Notes: generated by a model not told the origin, from the letters alone. A stretch of 64,000 nt of DNA from Bugula neritina (GCA_964035545.1 OZ037768.1:12533675-12597674); one strand, 5' to 3'; numbered from the stretch's first letter, positions 46,201 to 58,054 are shown. Made by a program: numbers and translations.

Positions 46201-48736
46201 CCCTATCCTGGCCTATCCAGACCCTGCCCTGGAGTACATCCTCGATACTGACGCCAGTGACCAAAATGTCGGCGCTGTGCTGTCCCAGGTGCAGGAGGGC
46301 CGCGAAGTAGTCGTGGCCTACTACAGTAAGTCTCTCTCGCCCACTGAACGAAATTACTGCACTACCCGAAAGGAATTGTTGGCAGTAATCAAGTCAGTGA
46401 AGCATTTCAGACCTTATCTCTACGGCAGGAAGTTCCGCTTGCGGACCGACCACGCCTCCTTGATTTGGTTATGTAAGAGAGCAGAACCGTCCAGCCAAGT
46501 CGCCCGATGGCTCGAGGTCCTGGCCGAGTTCTCTTACCGGATCGAACACCGACCCGGTAAGAAACACGGCAATGCTGATGGACTGAGCCGGCGACCGGAC
46601 GAGGGGTGTAAACAGTGCCTCAACATCGAGAAGAGGGACGGAGGTCCTCCAAAATCCGAGTTGAGAGCACTGAACCACTCTGAAACGGAGTATGACTGGG
46701 ACCAGGGTCAACTCCTACAAAAGGCCACTACGCCCCCGGAGGCTATCCAACGCCTCCGTGCCAATCCTGTCTTGGCTGATAACGTTAGGGAGCTACGAAG
46801 ACTCCAGGAGGACCTCCCTGGAGTGGTAGCCGACGTATATCGTGCCAAAAAGGAGGGGCGACGACCCAGTGAAGAACAACTGCGGCAGGGATGCACCGAG
46901 TTACGGTCGTACTGCCAACGTTGGGACTCCCTGCGGATCGGGCCAGATGGTCTGCTGACCATCACAGTGGCTGCTCACAACAACCAGTACGGCAGGAACA
47001 GGGTGATCTGCCCAGCCGCCATACGCCGGGAGTTAGTATGGGACACCCACAAGCAAGCCCACGCCGGGGTGAGCAGGGTGCTCTCCAAGTTACAACTCCG
47101 GTGGTACTGGCCCGGCATGGAGCGTGAGGTGCGGCGTAGAGTCAAACAATGCGAAATCTGCCAGGCCAGCAAGCATGGCCGTCTCCCTGGTGAAGCGGGA
47201 CGGCGTCGGCTATATGCTGGAAGGCCATGGCAGGTGGTAGCTATCGACCTAGTCGGACCCATGCCCGTCACCCCCAGAGGAAACAGCTGGATCCTAGTAT
47301 TAACCGACCACTTTACACGGTGGGCGGATGCCCTGGCTATTCCAGATGCGTCCGCCCCCACGGTGGCCAGGGTGCTGGACCAAAATGTATTCTGCTATCT
47401 TGGACTACCTGAGCAAATACATTCGGACCAGGGAGCTCAATTCCAGTCCCAACTGTTGAGCGACCTCTGCCGCCTCTGGGGAGTAAACCAAAGCAGGACC
47501 ACCCCATACCATCCTCAGGGCAACGGGGTGGTGGAACGCAACAATCGCATGTTGGGCGATGCACTGCGCAGTCTGCTCCTCGGCCGGGGTCAGGAGGAGT
47601 GGGATACGGTACTACCGCAAGTCATGCGGGCCTACCGTAGTACACCACACACCAGTACGGGGGAAACCCCTAACCTCCTGATGCTCGGTCGAGAGACGCG
47701 AGTGCCTGACCACCTCACATACCACATCCCAGAGCAGGACTATACCATCCACGAGTATGCCAGTAAATTGATAGAGGACCTGAGGGCCGCACACGAAATA
47801 CTGCGGGCGAAGCAGTGGCAGGTACGGCGAGAGGACTCTCAGGAACCACCCCTCTATCGAACTGGGGACTGGGTGTGGATGATCAACTACCGTAGGCGTC
47901 GAGGACAAGCGGCTAAGCTCCAGCCTAAGTTTGTGGGACCCTACGTAGTAGTTGAGGCTATGCCCAATCATACGTACAAGTTGGAGCGATCTGGACAGGT
48001 CTCTGTCCAGAACGAAACCCGCTTGAAACCGTATTGGGCTAGCCCAGGAGCAGCAGGAGCAGCCCCCCCGTTGTTGGAGCCCAGGAGGCAGACAGTAACG
48101 CGTGGGCGGCAACGGCATGGACCAGAATACGAAGTGGTTGTGCCGCGGGGAGAGGACTTGGTGAGGCAGGAGACGCCACTCCCACCAACGGAAGTGCGCC
48201 CACCGCCCCCAGTACCAAGTCTACCCCCACCACTTCCGGTTCCGCATCCGCGTCCGGAAGTGCAAAACCCCCCCGTGGGAGGGGCTCCATCTGGAGACAA
48301 CAGCGGAGAGGGGAATACCATCACCAATGGCGGGCCAGAAACACCACAGGTGGAGCAAAATAGCCCACCAGTGAGTACGCCGCCCCAACCAACAGCTACG
48401 ACTCCCTCTCCAGCTGATGCGTCACCTCCCCTGGAACGGGGACAGCGTACTAGACAACCCCCAGCATACCTTAAAGATTTCATATGTGACCGTGTTACAA
48501 ACGGCAGTTATGAAAGTCTAGCTGGGCGCCGTACGGAAGGACTGGCAACAAAGCGTGGGAGTTGTGAACACCACGGAAATCTCAACTTTTGCGAAGGCGG
48601 AGTAGTAAACAAAACTACTACGCCCGGGGCAAATAGTTCCAGCCGTGCGCAACAACCACGCTGCCCAGTCTTTTCGTACGCTGACGTTGTCAAGGGAAGA
48701 CGCATTCAAACTCAATCCACGGACATCCAAGCTTGA
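43277..48736 (+). CDS. Gypsy Gag-Pol polyprotein, single ORF of 1819 aa
   Basis: Gag capsid-like N-terminus; protease LLDSGC; RT WSSPVVLV...RFCVDYRKLN...PFGL...YLDD; RNase H DTDAS...ELLAV...TDH...NADGLSR; integrase H-H-C-C, IDLVGP, HSDQG, VERNNR, GPY. Order PR-RT-RH-INT. Confidence 0.97.
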   Translation: MDEGVTSMEGGEQNIIIGPLGAGEEVYRNTLEVPVFTGREDIEQFVQEFRETAAIARWPPRVTLTKLRMALTGEAKPYGWKPSINGIIATLRARFGMPVAVAKSRLRGLLRKTCTPLSDHATLVQRLARTAYSDLPETHRRHYTFEAFVQSLNSLDFHHQLQAKGVTTIEAAIQENKAYAGAERLYETEEATPQPSREPDHPVRIAAATTKTPIEIEISRLMTRLGQLVATITYNHSRKSKRTAAKPPRPMMRRWESGNQGHRHLSGPRFKRQQKPQPPRRPPELRGHTQREKRDGCRQEPVRAQRHTPRQWQTPRRTSQPGRPRDPFSLPLTNRFSPLPVMEQTSEAPQGIGEDQNTSPQGNSHRPRKPRNKRAQPRSAETEHAGGIRVQPHGGSYFLPGKVAGKAVTFLLDSGCTTNILSRRVFDTLPLKERGALAPYTREPGTLADGSRIPFYGIIELAGRVRDQAIQETFVISPLEEDAILGMPFLKRHGCHIDFSKSAMLMGGKELTCVDKFGRPLAGGVQVVRNCTIPGRSRATVHCRVNNSQLSGLGVVEGAHSRIQLASSLNRLTDRGEILVQCVNPFSEAVQLPSGSMLGRFHSIQEEDIGPSLGAATEGPQQSPSVRRGTVPSHVKELYQAACNGCTGNVERQTMAQLLRDYSDVFSSGDHDVGLTTAVRHEIPLAAGTTPIRQPTRRLGPEKEKEVSQQVRDLLDRGLIEPAHSAWSSPVVLVRKKDGSWRFCVDYRKLNSVTIQDAYPLPRIDESLDALAGSKYFSTLDLLSGYWQVPLSPDAQEKAAFITRDGLWKWKVLPFGLTSAPATFQRLMEQVLSGLHWKTLLVYLDDVIVISPDFQTHVSRLREVFDRLRGANLKLKPSKCALLQPEVKYLGHIVGRHGVATDPEKVRAIEDWITPQDLTGLRAFLGLVGYYRQYIPDFAGVAQPLNRLTAKGVTWQWTPVEQRAFDCLKGRLLEAPILAYPDPALEYILDTDASDQNVGAVLSQVQEGREVVVAYYSKSLSPTERNYCTTRKELLAVIKSVKHFRPYLYGRKFRLRTDHASLIWLCKRAEPSSQVARWLEVLAEFSYRIEHRPGKKHGNADGLSRRPDEGCKQCLNIEKRDGGPPKSELRALNHSETEYDWDQGQLLQKATTPPEAIQRLRANPVLADNVRELRRLQEDLPGVVADVYRAKKEGRRPSEEQLRQGCTELRSYCQRWDSLRIGPDGLLTITVAAHNNQYGRNRVICPAAIRRELVWDTHKQAHAGVSRVLSKLQLRWYWPGMEREVRRRVKQCEICQASKHGRLPGEAGRRRLYAGRPWQVVAIDLVGPMPVTPRGNSWILVLTDHFTRWADALAIPDASAPTVARVLDQNVFCYLGLPEQIHSDQGAQFQSQLLSDLCRLWGVNQSRTTPYHPQGNGVVERNNRMLGDALRSLLLGRGQEEWDTVLPQVMRAYRSTPHTSTGETPNLLMLGRETRVPDHLTYHIPEQDYTIHEYASKLIEDLRAAHEILRAKQWQVRREDSQEPPLYRTGDWVWMINYRRRRGQAAKLQPKFVGPYVVVEAMPNHTYKLERSGQVSVQNETRLKPYWASPGAAGAAPPLLEPRRQTVTRGRQRHGPEYEVVVPRGEDLVRQETPLPPTEVRPPPPVPSLPPPLPVPHPRPEVQNPPVGGAPSGDNSGEGNTITNGGPETPQVEQNSPPVSTPPQPTATTPSPADASPPLERGQRTRQPPAYLKDFICDRVTNGSYESLAGRRTEGLATKRGSCEHHGNLNFCEGGVVNKTTTPGANSSSRAQQPRCPVFSYADVVKGRRIQTQSTDIQA

Positions 48737-48801
48737 ACGCTGAGTATGATTACAAATACCGGGTTCTCAGGTAAGCTTGCTCTGAGCTAACATTTCCACT
48801 C

Positions 48802-49890
48802 ATGGAAACCAGTCTACCATCAGTCAGTTCTGATTTAATCGCCTTGATTGAATCACAACTACTGGGGACTGAGTCTTACGTGAAAGGCGACGAGAACATA
48901 AAGATGGCCGACGATCTACTAGATCTGGAGCTTGACACTATGTCTCTCTGTCAGTCTACACGACACGACTCAGTCCCTCGAGTGCTATCTGAAAAGATGT
49001 ATGACTCCCAGACTAGTAACAGTCGGTTGTCATCAGAATTATGGTGTAAAGATCATATCCGATCTAACAGTAATTCTGCTCTTTTAGATACCGCTCTCTC
49101 TCCTCTATCTGGTGACATGCCGTCACTAGAAATGGCTTGGAACGAGGAACCCGTTCCCACTACTCTTCCGGAGGCACTCCTACAACAATCATGCTGGGTT
49201 ACAACAGATACGGAAACACTGATACGAGAGCACAAAGGAGACGACCAATGCACCACCTGCCGTTTATGCCAGCTTCACTTCACTACCCCACGAAGACTTC
49301 GAGTTCATATTCCCCAACATTATTTCACCACCTTTTGTCCCTGTGGTGAATATAGTTACCACAGGGACTACATCCTCCGTCACCAACGAACCATGGGATG
49401 CCATGTTGGACACCTGTTCGAAGTCGACGAACCCTCCTTCCCACAATTCCTCAATCTCATCCGACCGTTCATATCAGACCCAGTTCGATATGAACGGCTG
49501 CGCCAGGAGTTCCCCGCACCCAGGACCATCACACAGGGACCCTGCCCTAAACCACCCGGATATAGGAAACCACGCATATCCCATTCCTCACCCCCCGCAC
49601 GCACAGTGCCCCGCCCCGACTCCATACCAAGAGTCGTGTTACGACGCATCGATATACCACAGCGATGGCGTCCCTCCCCCCCTGTCTCCCCAAGGCCGTC
49701 TCGTAAACGACGTTGGCCATCTTCATCCCCCAATCGACACTCTGCCCCCGCCAGGAATCTAGGCGAGGCAGAAGAGCGGATACGAGAATTAGAGAAAGAG
49801 GTGCAAAGACTGACACCGAGAATCTCCGCCGCCGCATCAGAACTCCGGGCCCTCTCTGCCTCTGTAGCCCGAATGAAAGGAAGTGCTTGA
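48802..49890 (+). CDS. Retrotransposon accessory ORF2, 362 aa: tandem C2H2-type zinc fingers, Pro/Arg-rich region, C-terminal coiled coil
   Basis: Uninterrupted ATG-TGA ORF between pol and the PPT. CRLC-x12-H-x3-H and CPC-x12-H-x5-CH; PSRKRR; heptad-like EAEERIRELEKEVQRL...SELRALSASVARMK. Confidence 0.85.
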   Translation: METSLPSVSSDLIALIESQLLGTESYVKGDENIKMADDLLDLELDTMSLCQSTRHDSVPRVLSEKMYDSQTSNSRLSSELWCKDHIRSNSNSALLDTALSPLSGDMPSLEMAWNEEPVPTTLPEALLQQSCWVTTDTETLIREHKGDDQCTTCRLCQLHFTTPRRLRVHIPQHYFTTFCPCGEYSYHRDYILRHQRTMGCHVGHLFEVDEPSFPQFLNLIRPFISDPVRYERLRQEFPAPRTITQGPCPKPPGYRKPRISHSSPPARTVPRPDSIPRVVLRRIDIPQRWRPSPPVSPRPSRKRRWPSSSPNRHSAPARNLGEAEERIRELEKEVQRLTPRISAAASELRALSASVARMKGSA

Positions 49891-50246
49891 AGATGATGTC
49901 CCTCCTCTCCCTATCCGTGATGGTACCGCAGGTGGTGCCCCATTACAGACCCTTCTCACGCCAGTGCTCACAAACAATTACTCAGTGTAACAATATAGTA
50001 ACCTACCAGTATACAGCTCTACCTCTACAAACTATTCCCTTATAGTGCCTCCCGCCGGTGCCATTGTATATTTACTGTTATATTTTTTTTATATATGTAT
50101 ATGTTTCTTACTACTGTACATAGCCATGTTTTTCTGTATGTGCCACACGCTCTCTCAGTTTTTATATATATATAGTTTATAACATTTTATGTTCGAATTA
50201 TTGTGTCTGTGTTATCAGAAAGTAGGGCTTTCTGCTGGGGGGGCGG

Positions 50247-50517
50247 TGTAGTGAGGACGTAATACGCGCGTCCCCCGCATTCTTTCAGCCTATCAAAATG
50301 CGTCACGTGATAGGCCTTAGTTAGTAGTAGTTTTGCAGTAGAGAGAGCGTGTTAACTAAGCGAAGATGTAATCTCTAATCGGTGTACGTGCTGTATCTTT
50401 TATATAATTAGTAGTAAATAAACTTGGAAACTTTTACCTAAATATTTTATTGGTGTAGATAAATAGACATAATTACAAGCTAGGAACCCACGCATAGTAG
50501 TTACATAAATTACTACA
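50247..50517 (+). repeat. Gypsy 3' LTR
   Basis: Direct repeat of 42945-43215. Confidence 0.96.
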
Positions 50518-51039
50518 ATACACCTAAATAATCACCGTTCTCGTTAACTTTGTTTGATTTCCCATGGTTTTTCCAAATTATTCAGCTACTTTCTATTGCT
50601 GACTGTTATGGTTTGTTCGTAATAGTCCGCAATCAAAAGTAGCTGAATAATCAGGAAAAAACATTGGAAATCAAACAAAATTAAAAAGAACTTTAATTAT
50701 TTACATGTATTTATTGATATTTAATATTTTACTAGTTTTGGGCAAAAATCCATATTCATTAGCAGATAAAACGTGAAAATAGCTAAAAAACTGAAGATTT
50801 TCAGTGTGTACTAAATTAAGTAAAATGACCCAACTGTTGAAACTAATTTATTTTAAATATATGCTAGAATTTTTACACATTATCATAAAGATCTTTCTCA
50901 CCTTTTTTATAAAAATTCTGAATTGTTCTGTTAACCCAGTTAGCCACAATTAATGCTCTGCATGTGTATTAATTATTGGATTGATGTTCTTCACTCACAA
51001 TATTTAAAAACTTTTTACATGCATTGGTGACTACATTGC

Positions 51040-51290
51040 GGCTGTATGGAAGTTGGACCAGATGGTGGGCTTTTTTCACTAGCAAATGTGTGTTCGTTAA
51101 GTAATTGTTACATTTCTTAAATTAATCGTGTTCAACAGTGAAGTGATTGAGATTCACATCAAGGAAATTGTCACCTTTTTATTGGCTTCTATGGTTATTT
51201 TTAGTCTTTGTTCTTTAAATATTTTACACATGTCTTCTTTAGTTGATGCTACAGTTTTGGCAGTTACTTTTTGCCCTGGGACCGTTATAC
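51040..51290 (-). mobile_element. Penelope-like RT fragment
   Basis: KEDMCKIFKEQRLKITIEANKK is followed after a frameshift by NFLDVNLN, resembling the Penelope-class RT motif KIFK...LKITIEANKK.VNFLDVTL. Confidence 0.65.
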
Positions 51291-52749
51291 TATGTGGTGC
51301 TTTGTTGCATGGGTGCCTATGCTCAGGACACAGATGCTGTACAACATAACTCAACTTCATGAAGTGTGTTTGAAAATGATTGCTAATAAAGGACATCACC
51401 AGTAAACTGCTTGCCAGCAGCCAAGCTAAGCCAGCCAAGCCAAGCAGCCATCTTTGCCAAGCAGGGACTGAAAGATCCAAATTCCAGTTTAATGGTCTTG
51501 CTTTGAAAAATTTTATAAGCAAATCACTTTTAAATTCTTAAAATAATATTATGGGACACCAAATTTACATCAATTTTTTACAAAATTTAAATGGTTGCCA
51601 GTAAGATATTGGAGCTAAAGTAATATAGTAGATTCAAACAATTACTAAATTAAATGTGGAATACCATTGTTGTATGACATCATCTTTATTTGTGTACATT
51701 TCTATAGAAAGCATTGTTGCCATAACCCTATGTTGAAGGTTAATATACTTGTACTACAAAAATTACATTAGGGTTATTCAGAAATTTTTGGACTTCAATC
51801 ACCAATTAGGGTAAGGTTTGCATGAAACACTCAATAAATTGGAAGTTATTCCAGAACGAGTTTTGGTAATTGGAAAATTTGGAACATTCACTGAAGAAAA
51901 CAAAACAACAAATGCATGCAAGTAACATTTTCCGACCTCAATGTAAATGTGAAATTAATTTCAACAACAAAGTAGATATACATGAAGAGAGAAATGTATG
52001 GGAGTAGCAAACCTCATCTGGAAGAATGTAGAGTCATCAGGGTGTTACAAATCTCAGTCTTACACAAAGTATCAGCTTGAATATCACCAGCCAGTTGGAT
52101 GGAATGTTTGGACTATTACTGAAAAGAAACTCTTCTTTCTATTTAATAAGTACTGCATGTATATATGTAGTGAGACAACAAATCATAAGATTCAGAGTGT
52201 GATGCAATAGCAAGCACTCAAAATAACTTAATATTATTACAAGAAACATGCTCTTTACTTCAATGTGTCAAAGTACGTAGTTGGAGCATGGAATCTGGCC
52301 AATCTTGGAAAACCTTACAACTCGTACATCCCAATGTAACTAAAAACTTGAAGAAAATTTAGTGAATCATTAGGAATATTTTAAAGCTCTAGATTTTAAT
52401 TTGCATCTGTAACTCTTGTTGATGTTATCTACAGAACAAAGTTTTGAGATAGTTTGATTCGCTCATCGACTATTGACCAAGACAAAGATGTTGTTATAAC
52501 CAAGTCCTGCCATCACAAATCTAAAGATGAAACTTGAGTCATTGTAATTGTAAGACAGTGCAAGTACTGAATAATATTATGTAGCCAAATTCAAACTGTT
52601 AGGAAGAAGACTACTCTATTATTATGTCTTACTGCTTATATAAACACTGTGGATAATTTTATCACTGGAGTATTGCAGTTGTTATATTTACTTCTGACTC
52701 CTTTTTTTAAAGAAATCCTCTTCTATTGAGTTTTTCATTATTAGTCTGA

Positions 52750-53125
52750 TTATTACCAGCAAAGGTAGTACTTTGCAAACCCCGTCGAACTTTTCCTTTA
52801 CGAGGTTTTGAGAGAAATCCTCTTGTATTTAGTTCTCCATGATCTTGACCATTAATAGTTGAGCATCCACTGGCATTATACCTGTTGAGGATGTTAGCTA
52901 TAATGACATGGCTACCTTCCAAGCAAAGGTGCATTGGGGTCACGCCGTTCTTTATATGGAGGGCCTGAAAAGTCGTATATACTGAACTTACTCAGTATTC
53001 TAAGGTGTTTATTTTTAATTAAATTGTCAAGTTTGACATCCTTCTAACAATCAGTTGTGGACAGCTTGCATGAATGATATTTTTCTTTTTTCCTTTAAAC
53101 ATACTCTTGTATATCATGCCTAAAT
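52750..53125 (-). pseudogene. Diverged ankyrin-family fragment (linker exon + ANK exon fused to the KPRxGK segment), within a diverged direct paralogue of ~11130-13560
   Basis: NGVTPMHLCLEGSHVIIANILNRYNAS...KPRKGKVRRGLQSTTFAG resembles exons 4924-5043 and 5898-5976; the flank at 51500-52310 resembles 11140-11945. Confidence 0.6.
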
Positions 53126-53767
53126 GAATGGAATATTCTACTTATATTTTGAAATAGATAATATTGTTATTCACTGGGTGGTTTGCTAGAATCATTATTT
53201 TGATTTGAAACTTTTGATTGATTGACAAATTTTGCATGTCATTAAGGTTGAGTTCCAATTCACTCTTATTAGTTCTTCCGTCCACAGAGTTTCCAAAATA
53301 TTTTGCCATAATAACAAGAGTAAAAAAACCAAAAATGTTACATATAATGTCATTCAAGGGAAATAAATAGTTAATTTTTAAATCAATATTTGTAAGTTAT
53401 TTTTAGCTGTGCCTTCAATACTTAAAGTCTCAGTGCTTTGTGCAGCAATCATGTTGATATTTTGTTTCTTGTTCTTCAAAATCAAAAAGCTCAAAACAAC
53501 ATTTGACTATAATTATAGTGATTTTATTTAAAAAAATAGTTGAAGTATCTTGTTACAAAATTAATTTGAAGTCTTCACTGAATCACTTTTTTCTATATTG
53601 TATGGTAATATTTGCTGCATGACTTTATACATTTGCTAATATGTAATTATATATGTATAATAAACGTAGTGCCAATATAATGAATGTAAAATTATGTTTC
53701 TTATTCAATTATAATACGTATGCAGACATGTACAACAAACCAATTTTGTTGCTGATTAAACATCCTA

Positions 53768-53891
53768 CACACACACACACACACACACACAGGCACACAC
53801 ACAGGCACACACACACACAGGCACACACACACACACAGGCACACACACACACAGGCACACACACACAGGCACACACACAGGCACACACGCA
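53768..53891. repeat. Interrupted (AC)n/(CACAGG) microsatellite
   Basis: Direct reading. Confidence 0.95.
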
Positions 53892-54895
53892 CTAGAGAAA
53901 ACAACTTCTCAATCTTTTGAACATTCAAATAGTTCTCTTAGCTAAAGCAAATAAGCAAATTGCATGCAACATTAACAAGCATTGAAACTCTCTCCAAAAC
54001 ATACAGTCATCTAGAGGTAAGAAAAATCAAACTGGATCAAACCAAACTAAATTGTCTTGTAAGAATGTTAGAGTACAACAAGAACCAAGTGTTAACAGTA
54101 GATGTGTATTTCCTTATCAAGATGCAGTTAGGCTTCACAGTTTAGAAGTTAATTGTGTTATATCTATAAGTATTGGGCGAATGTAAAAATAAAACATAAT
54201 ATTCAGTAATCAGGAAGTTGACAGCATGCGGCAGCATCTGCCAAAAGATAAAGAAATCAGCATTCTGTTAGATGCTGTATGGGAGTCAAGAGTTTATATA
54301 AAGAAAAACAGATATTGAATAGTAAAAGAAATTATTCCCCAATTGATTACAGGTTACACATTTTATTTTCCAAGCTACTATCACATCGTTTAGTGAGTGG
54401 GGTCGCTACAGTCAAATACAATAATGATAAATAATTAAAATAAAACAATTAAGAAATAATGATTTTTGATAAGAGGAAAAGTGATGGTCCAATGCTATAG
54501 CAATTATAGATAGCAGCACCCATAAATAATTATAAAGATGGTAAGAGCCTATTCTAAAAAAATGGAAAATTTAACTAAAAGCATGATCAATGTAATTTAT
54601 TTGAAATAGATGCTTGCTAGATATTGCGGTGGCTTTTTTAACGTAAAAGGAAAAGTCTTAAGTGACAGAATTGAAAAATTAAAACAGTTATCAGAAATGT
54701 TTAGCTCTCTAAACTTATAAGAGGTAATAGTAATGGGAAGATTATGAATGTTGTTATTAGTTTTACCTTAAAGCATACTGAAGCCAAGTTCCAGAGATTT
54801 TACTTGTACAGTATATCTACACATTGAATACGCACACAGTGTGTTATATTTAAATTTTATTTAGTATAATGGAACTAGTTATGGATGGCTGCAAG

Positions 54896-55264
<369 letters not shown>

Positions 55265-55842
55265 TGTTTAATTTGCATGTAATACATTCAATAAGCTATT
55301 AGAAGTGCTTTTGTTATTCAATTTTGTTTCAATTAGTTCTATCTTAAAAAAATAAAGAAAAGTAGTGTTTATGTCAATTAAAAACAACTTAGCAGTTTAT
55401 AGTTGCTATAGATGTATTCAAGTATTATTTTATATTTGACATTTTGTATGCTATACCACTACAATATAATATACTACAGATATAGCATCCTACTTCCCTG
55501 CAACCTTAGTTAGGGCTTAATATGTTTTGTATAGAAGAGTTTCAGACATCCCTCTAGAGTGGTTTGTATTTTAAAGTTGTCTCCCCTAGAGGTATTGGGG
55601 GCGGTCTTGATGATATATAGAAGGCCCATAAAATCAGTAGAAATGTAAGGTTTGAGTGAAGACTATTACTAGTATATGTTTCATTTTTTCTGAGATTGAT
55701 ATTTTGGCATAAGCACACATATGAGCAGTTTCAGAATTTTTTTAAAAAAATTTGTTATTGATAAATTCCAGAAAAAGAAAACTTCAAAGCATATTTATGG
55801 TTTTGGTTATTGAGCAAATCTGAAGCTGGCAGCTGTCATATT

Positions 55843-56618
55843 CACCGGCTTTCCATGTACCGATCTCAGATCGATCTCAGCGAGATCGATCCATGGAAAG
55901 ACGCCAAAGATCGATCTCCGTCGATCTGAGCTGGTCGGTCTGTAGAGCTCGAACTCAGATCGATCTCATGTCAATAAGACCATGGAAAGACGCCAGATCG
56001 ATCTGAGAAGTAGAAAAAGACTGCGCGCTACAATTTTGTCTGCTAATAAAAATGATAACTCATTAATAATTACTAAGCAAAGCATTAAATAATCATGATA
56101 GCCACTTTTTCAGATGCCAAAACTTTGACTTTCAGTACAATGATTAGGAAAACTCAATTATACGCAGTAGAAGGTAAAAAAATGAGAAAATCTAAATTGA
56201 ATTTAAATGACTATCAAAACTTTGTTTCATTAGCTATTTTCTTTGTAATTTTAAGCCTAACAGTCCTGTAAGTTTATTAATAATCTGCAAGACAGCCATT
56301 AATTTTATATAAGCTGTCAAGCTAAAAAATTAAAATTAATTATTTCAAATTGGCCAAATTACCATACACTGAAAGCTTTGCTGCGTATATTTTATAGCTG
56401 GGATTAAATTTTAGACTACTACCATCTTGTTTTCAACAGTAGTAGCTTTAATCACTCAAATAGGTGAACAAATTATACTTTTAAAGTATCCTTCACTTAA
56501 GAGAAGGCAACTTCGCGAGATCGATCTGATACTCTCATGGAAAAACGATCGATCTGAGCACATTTCTCAGATCGATCTCAGCGAGATCGATCTGAGATCG
56601 GTACATGGAAAGCCCGTG
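55843..56618. mobile_element. Non-autonomous TIR element with GATCGATCT subterminal repeats
   Basis: Ends CACCGGCTTTCCATGTACCGATCTCAGATCGATCTC and GAGATCGATCTGAGATCGGTACATGGAAAGCCCGTG; ATT on both sides (putative 3-bp TSD); superfamily uncertain. Confidence 0.88.
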
Positions 56619-57324
56619 ATTATCATTTGTTTTGCTGGCTGTAACCAGCCTGTTTAGAGCTGCTATAACCTTTCAACTCTTAGGACAATAATAACATGCT
56701 CCTACGCTATATAGCTGCACTAGTGGGCTCTGTCTTACTGAACTCCAAATGCTCCAAATTATGGGTTGGAACACATGCCTGTACATGCCACATAAAGGCA
56801 CTGGCTCATTTGTATTAACATGTTCACTACTTACAACACCTATACTATGAAAATAACTAAGCCACTCTAATATCTGATATTTCTATCAAAAATAAAGATA
56901 TGTATTAAAACAGATAGATTAAACTGGTAATTTTAAACAATATCTTATGTAAAAATGCCAAACACTGTATAACTATATATATGCTTTATAAGCATATGTT
57001 TCCATGGCATGCCTGCGAGACAATGAAAATATTTAGAGAACAGTAAAAAGAAGCATATAAATTTCAGAATAGTTTCTTTTTTCCTGAGATAAATATTATG
57101 GAAATGTCCCACAATTCAACATTTCAATTAAGTCTGTAAAATAATTTTCACAGTGTATTTTCAATAAATAATACTTCTTGCAAGCTAGTTTGTGTTTGTT
57201 ATGGTATGCCATTTTACAGTGGCTTAGTTAACTAGGTCAAAGTTCATTCGGCAGTGCAATGCAATTAACCCAACACACTTCCATTGTACACACTAGCAAA
57301 CAGGTCAAAGTTTAATTCCAGTGT

Positions 57325-57952
<628 letters not shown>

Positions 57953-58007
57953 TTTAGTAAAACTATAAGTTTCTACTATTGCGAAGGTGTGGGCCATGGT
58001 ACTCTGT

Positions 58008-58054
58008 TCTGTGCTGATGAGGGGACAAATCCCGAAACAGCTGCTGTCCACAGA
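58008..58054 (+). ncRNA. Type I hammerhead ribozyme (identical inverted copy)
   Basis: TCTGTG-CTGATGA-GGGGACAAATCCC-GAAACAGCTGCTGTC|CACAGA, within a ~110-bp fragment (57951-58059) flanked by (TA)n on both sides. Confidence 0.85.

Larger units (their letters stand above)
42945..50517 (+). mobile_element. Full-length Ty3/gypsy LTR retrotransposon with an additional downstream ORF
   Basis: 271-bp LTRs (42945-43215, 50247-50517) with TGTAGT...ACTACA ends, apparently identical; 4-bp TSD ATAC; PBS TGGTGGCAGCGGTGGGATT (43217-43235, complementary to the tRNA-Leu 3' end); PPT GGGGGGGCGG (50237-50246). Confidence 0.97.
42849..50808. mobile_element. ~380-bp foldback MITE split by the gypsy insertion (arms 42849-42944 and 50518-50808)
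   Basis: TA-CACACTGGAAATC...agctattttcacg...atatggatttttgc...actagtaaaatatcaataaatac pairs with gtatttattgatat...actagttttgggcaaaaatccatat...cgtgaaaatagct...GATTTTCAGTGTG-TA. Confidence 0.85.

Noticed and set aside
48802-49890. ORF2 as an envelope gene
   Set aside because: No signal peptide, transmembrane helix or furin/fusion-peptide arrangement is visible.
43414-50045. Many short overlapping or antisense ORFs inside the gypsy element (likewise inside the copia element)
   Set aside because: Expected shadow ORFs of long coding regions, especially in the GC-rich gypsy sequence; no recognisable motifs.
55843-56618. CRISPR-like or other prokaryotic repeat array
   Set aside because: Irregular spacing, enclosed by TIRs, in a eukaryotic intron/TE context.
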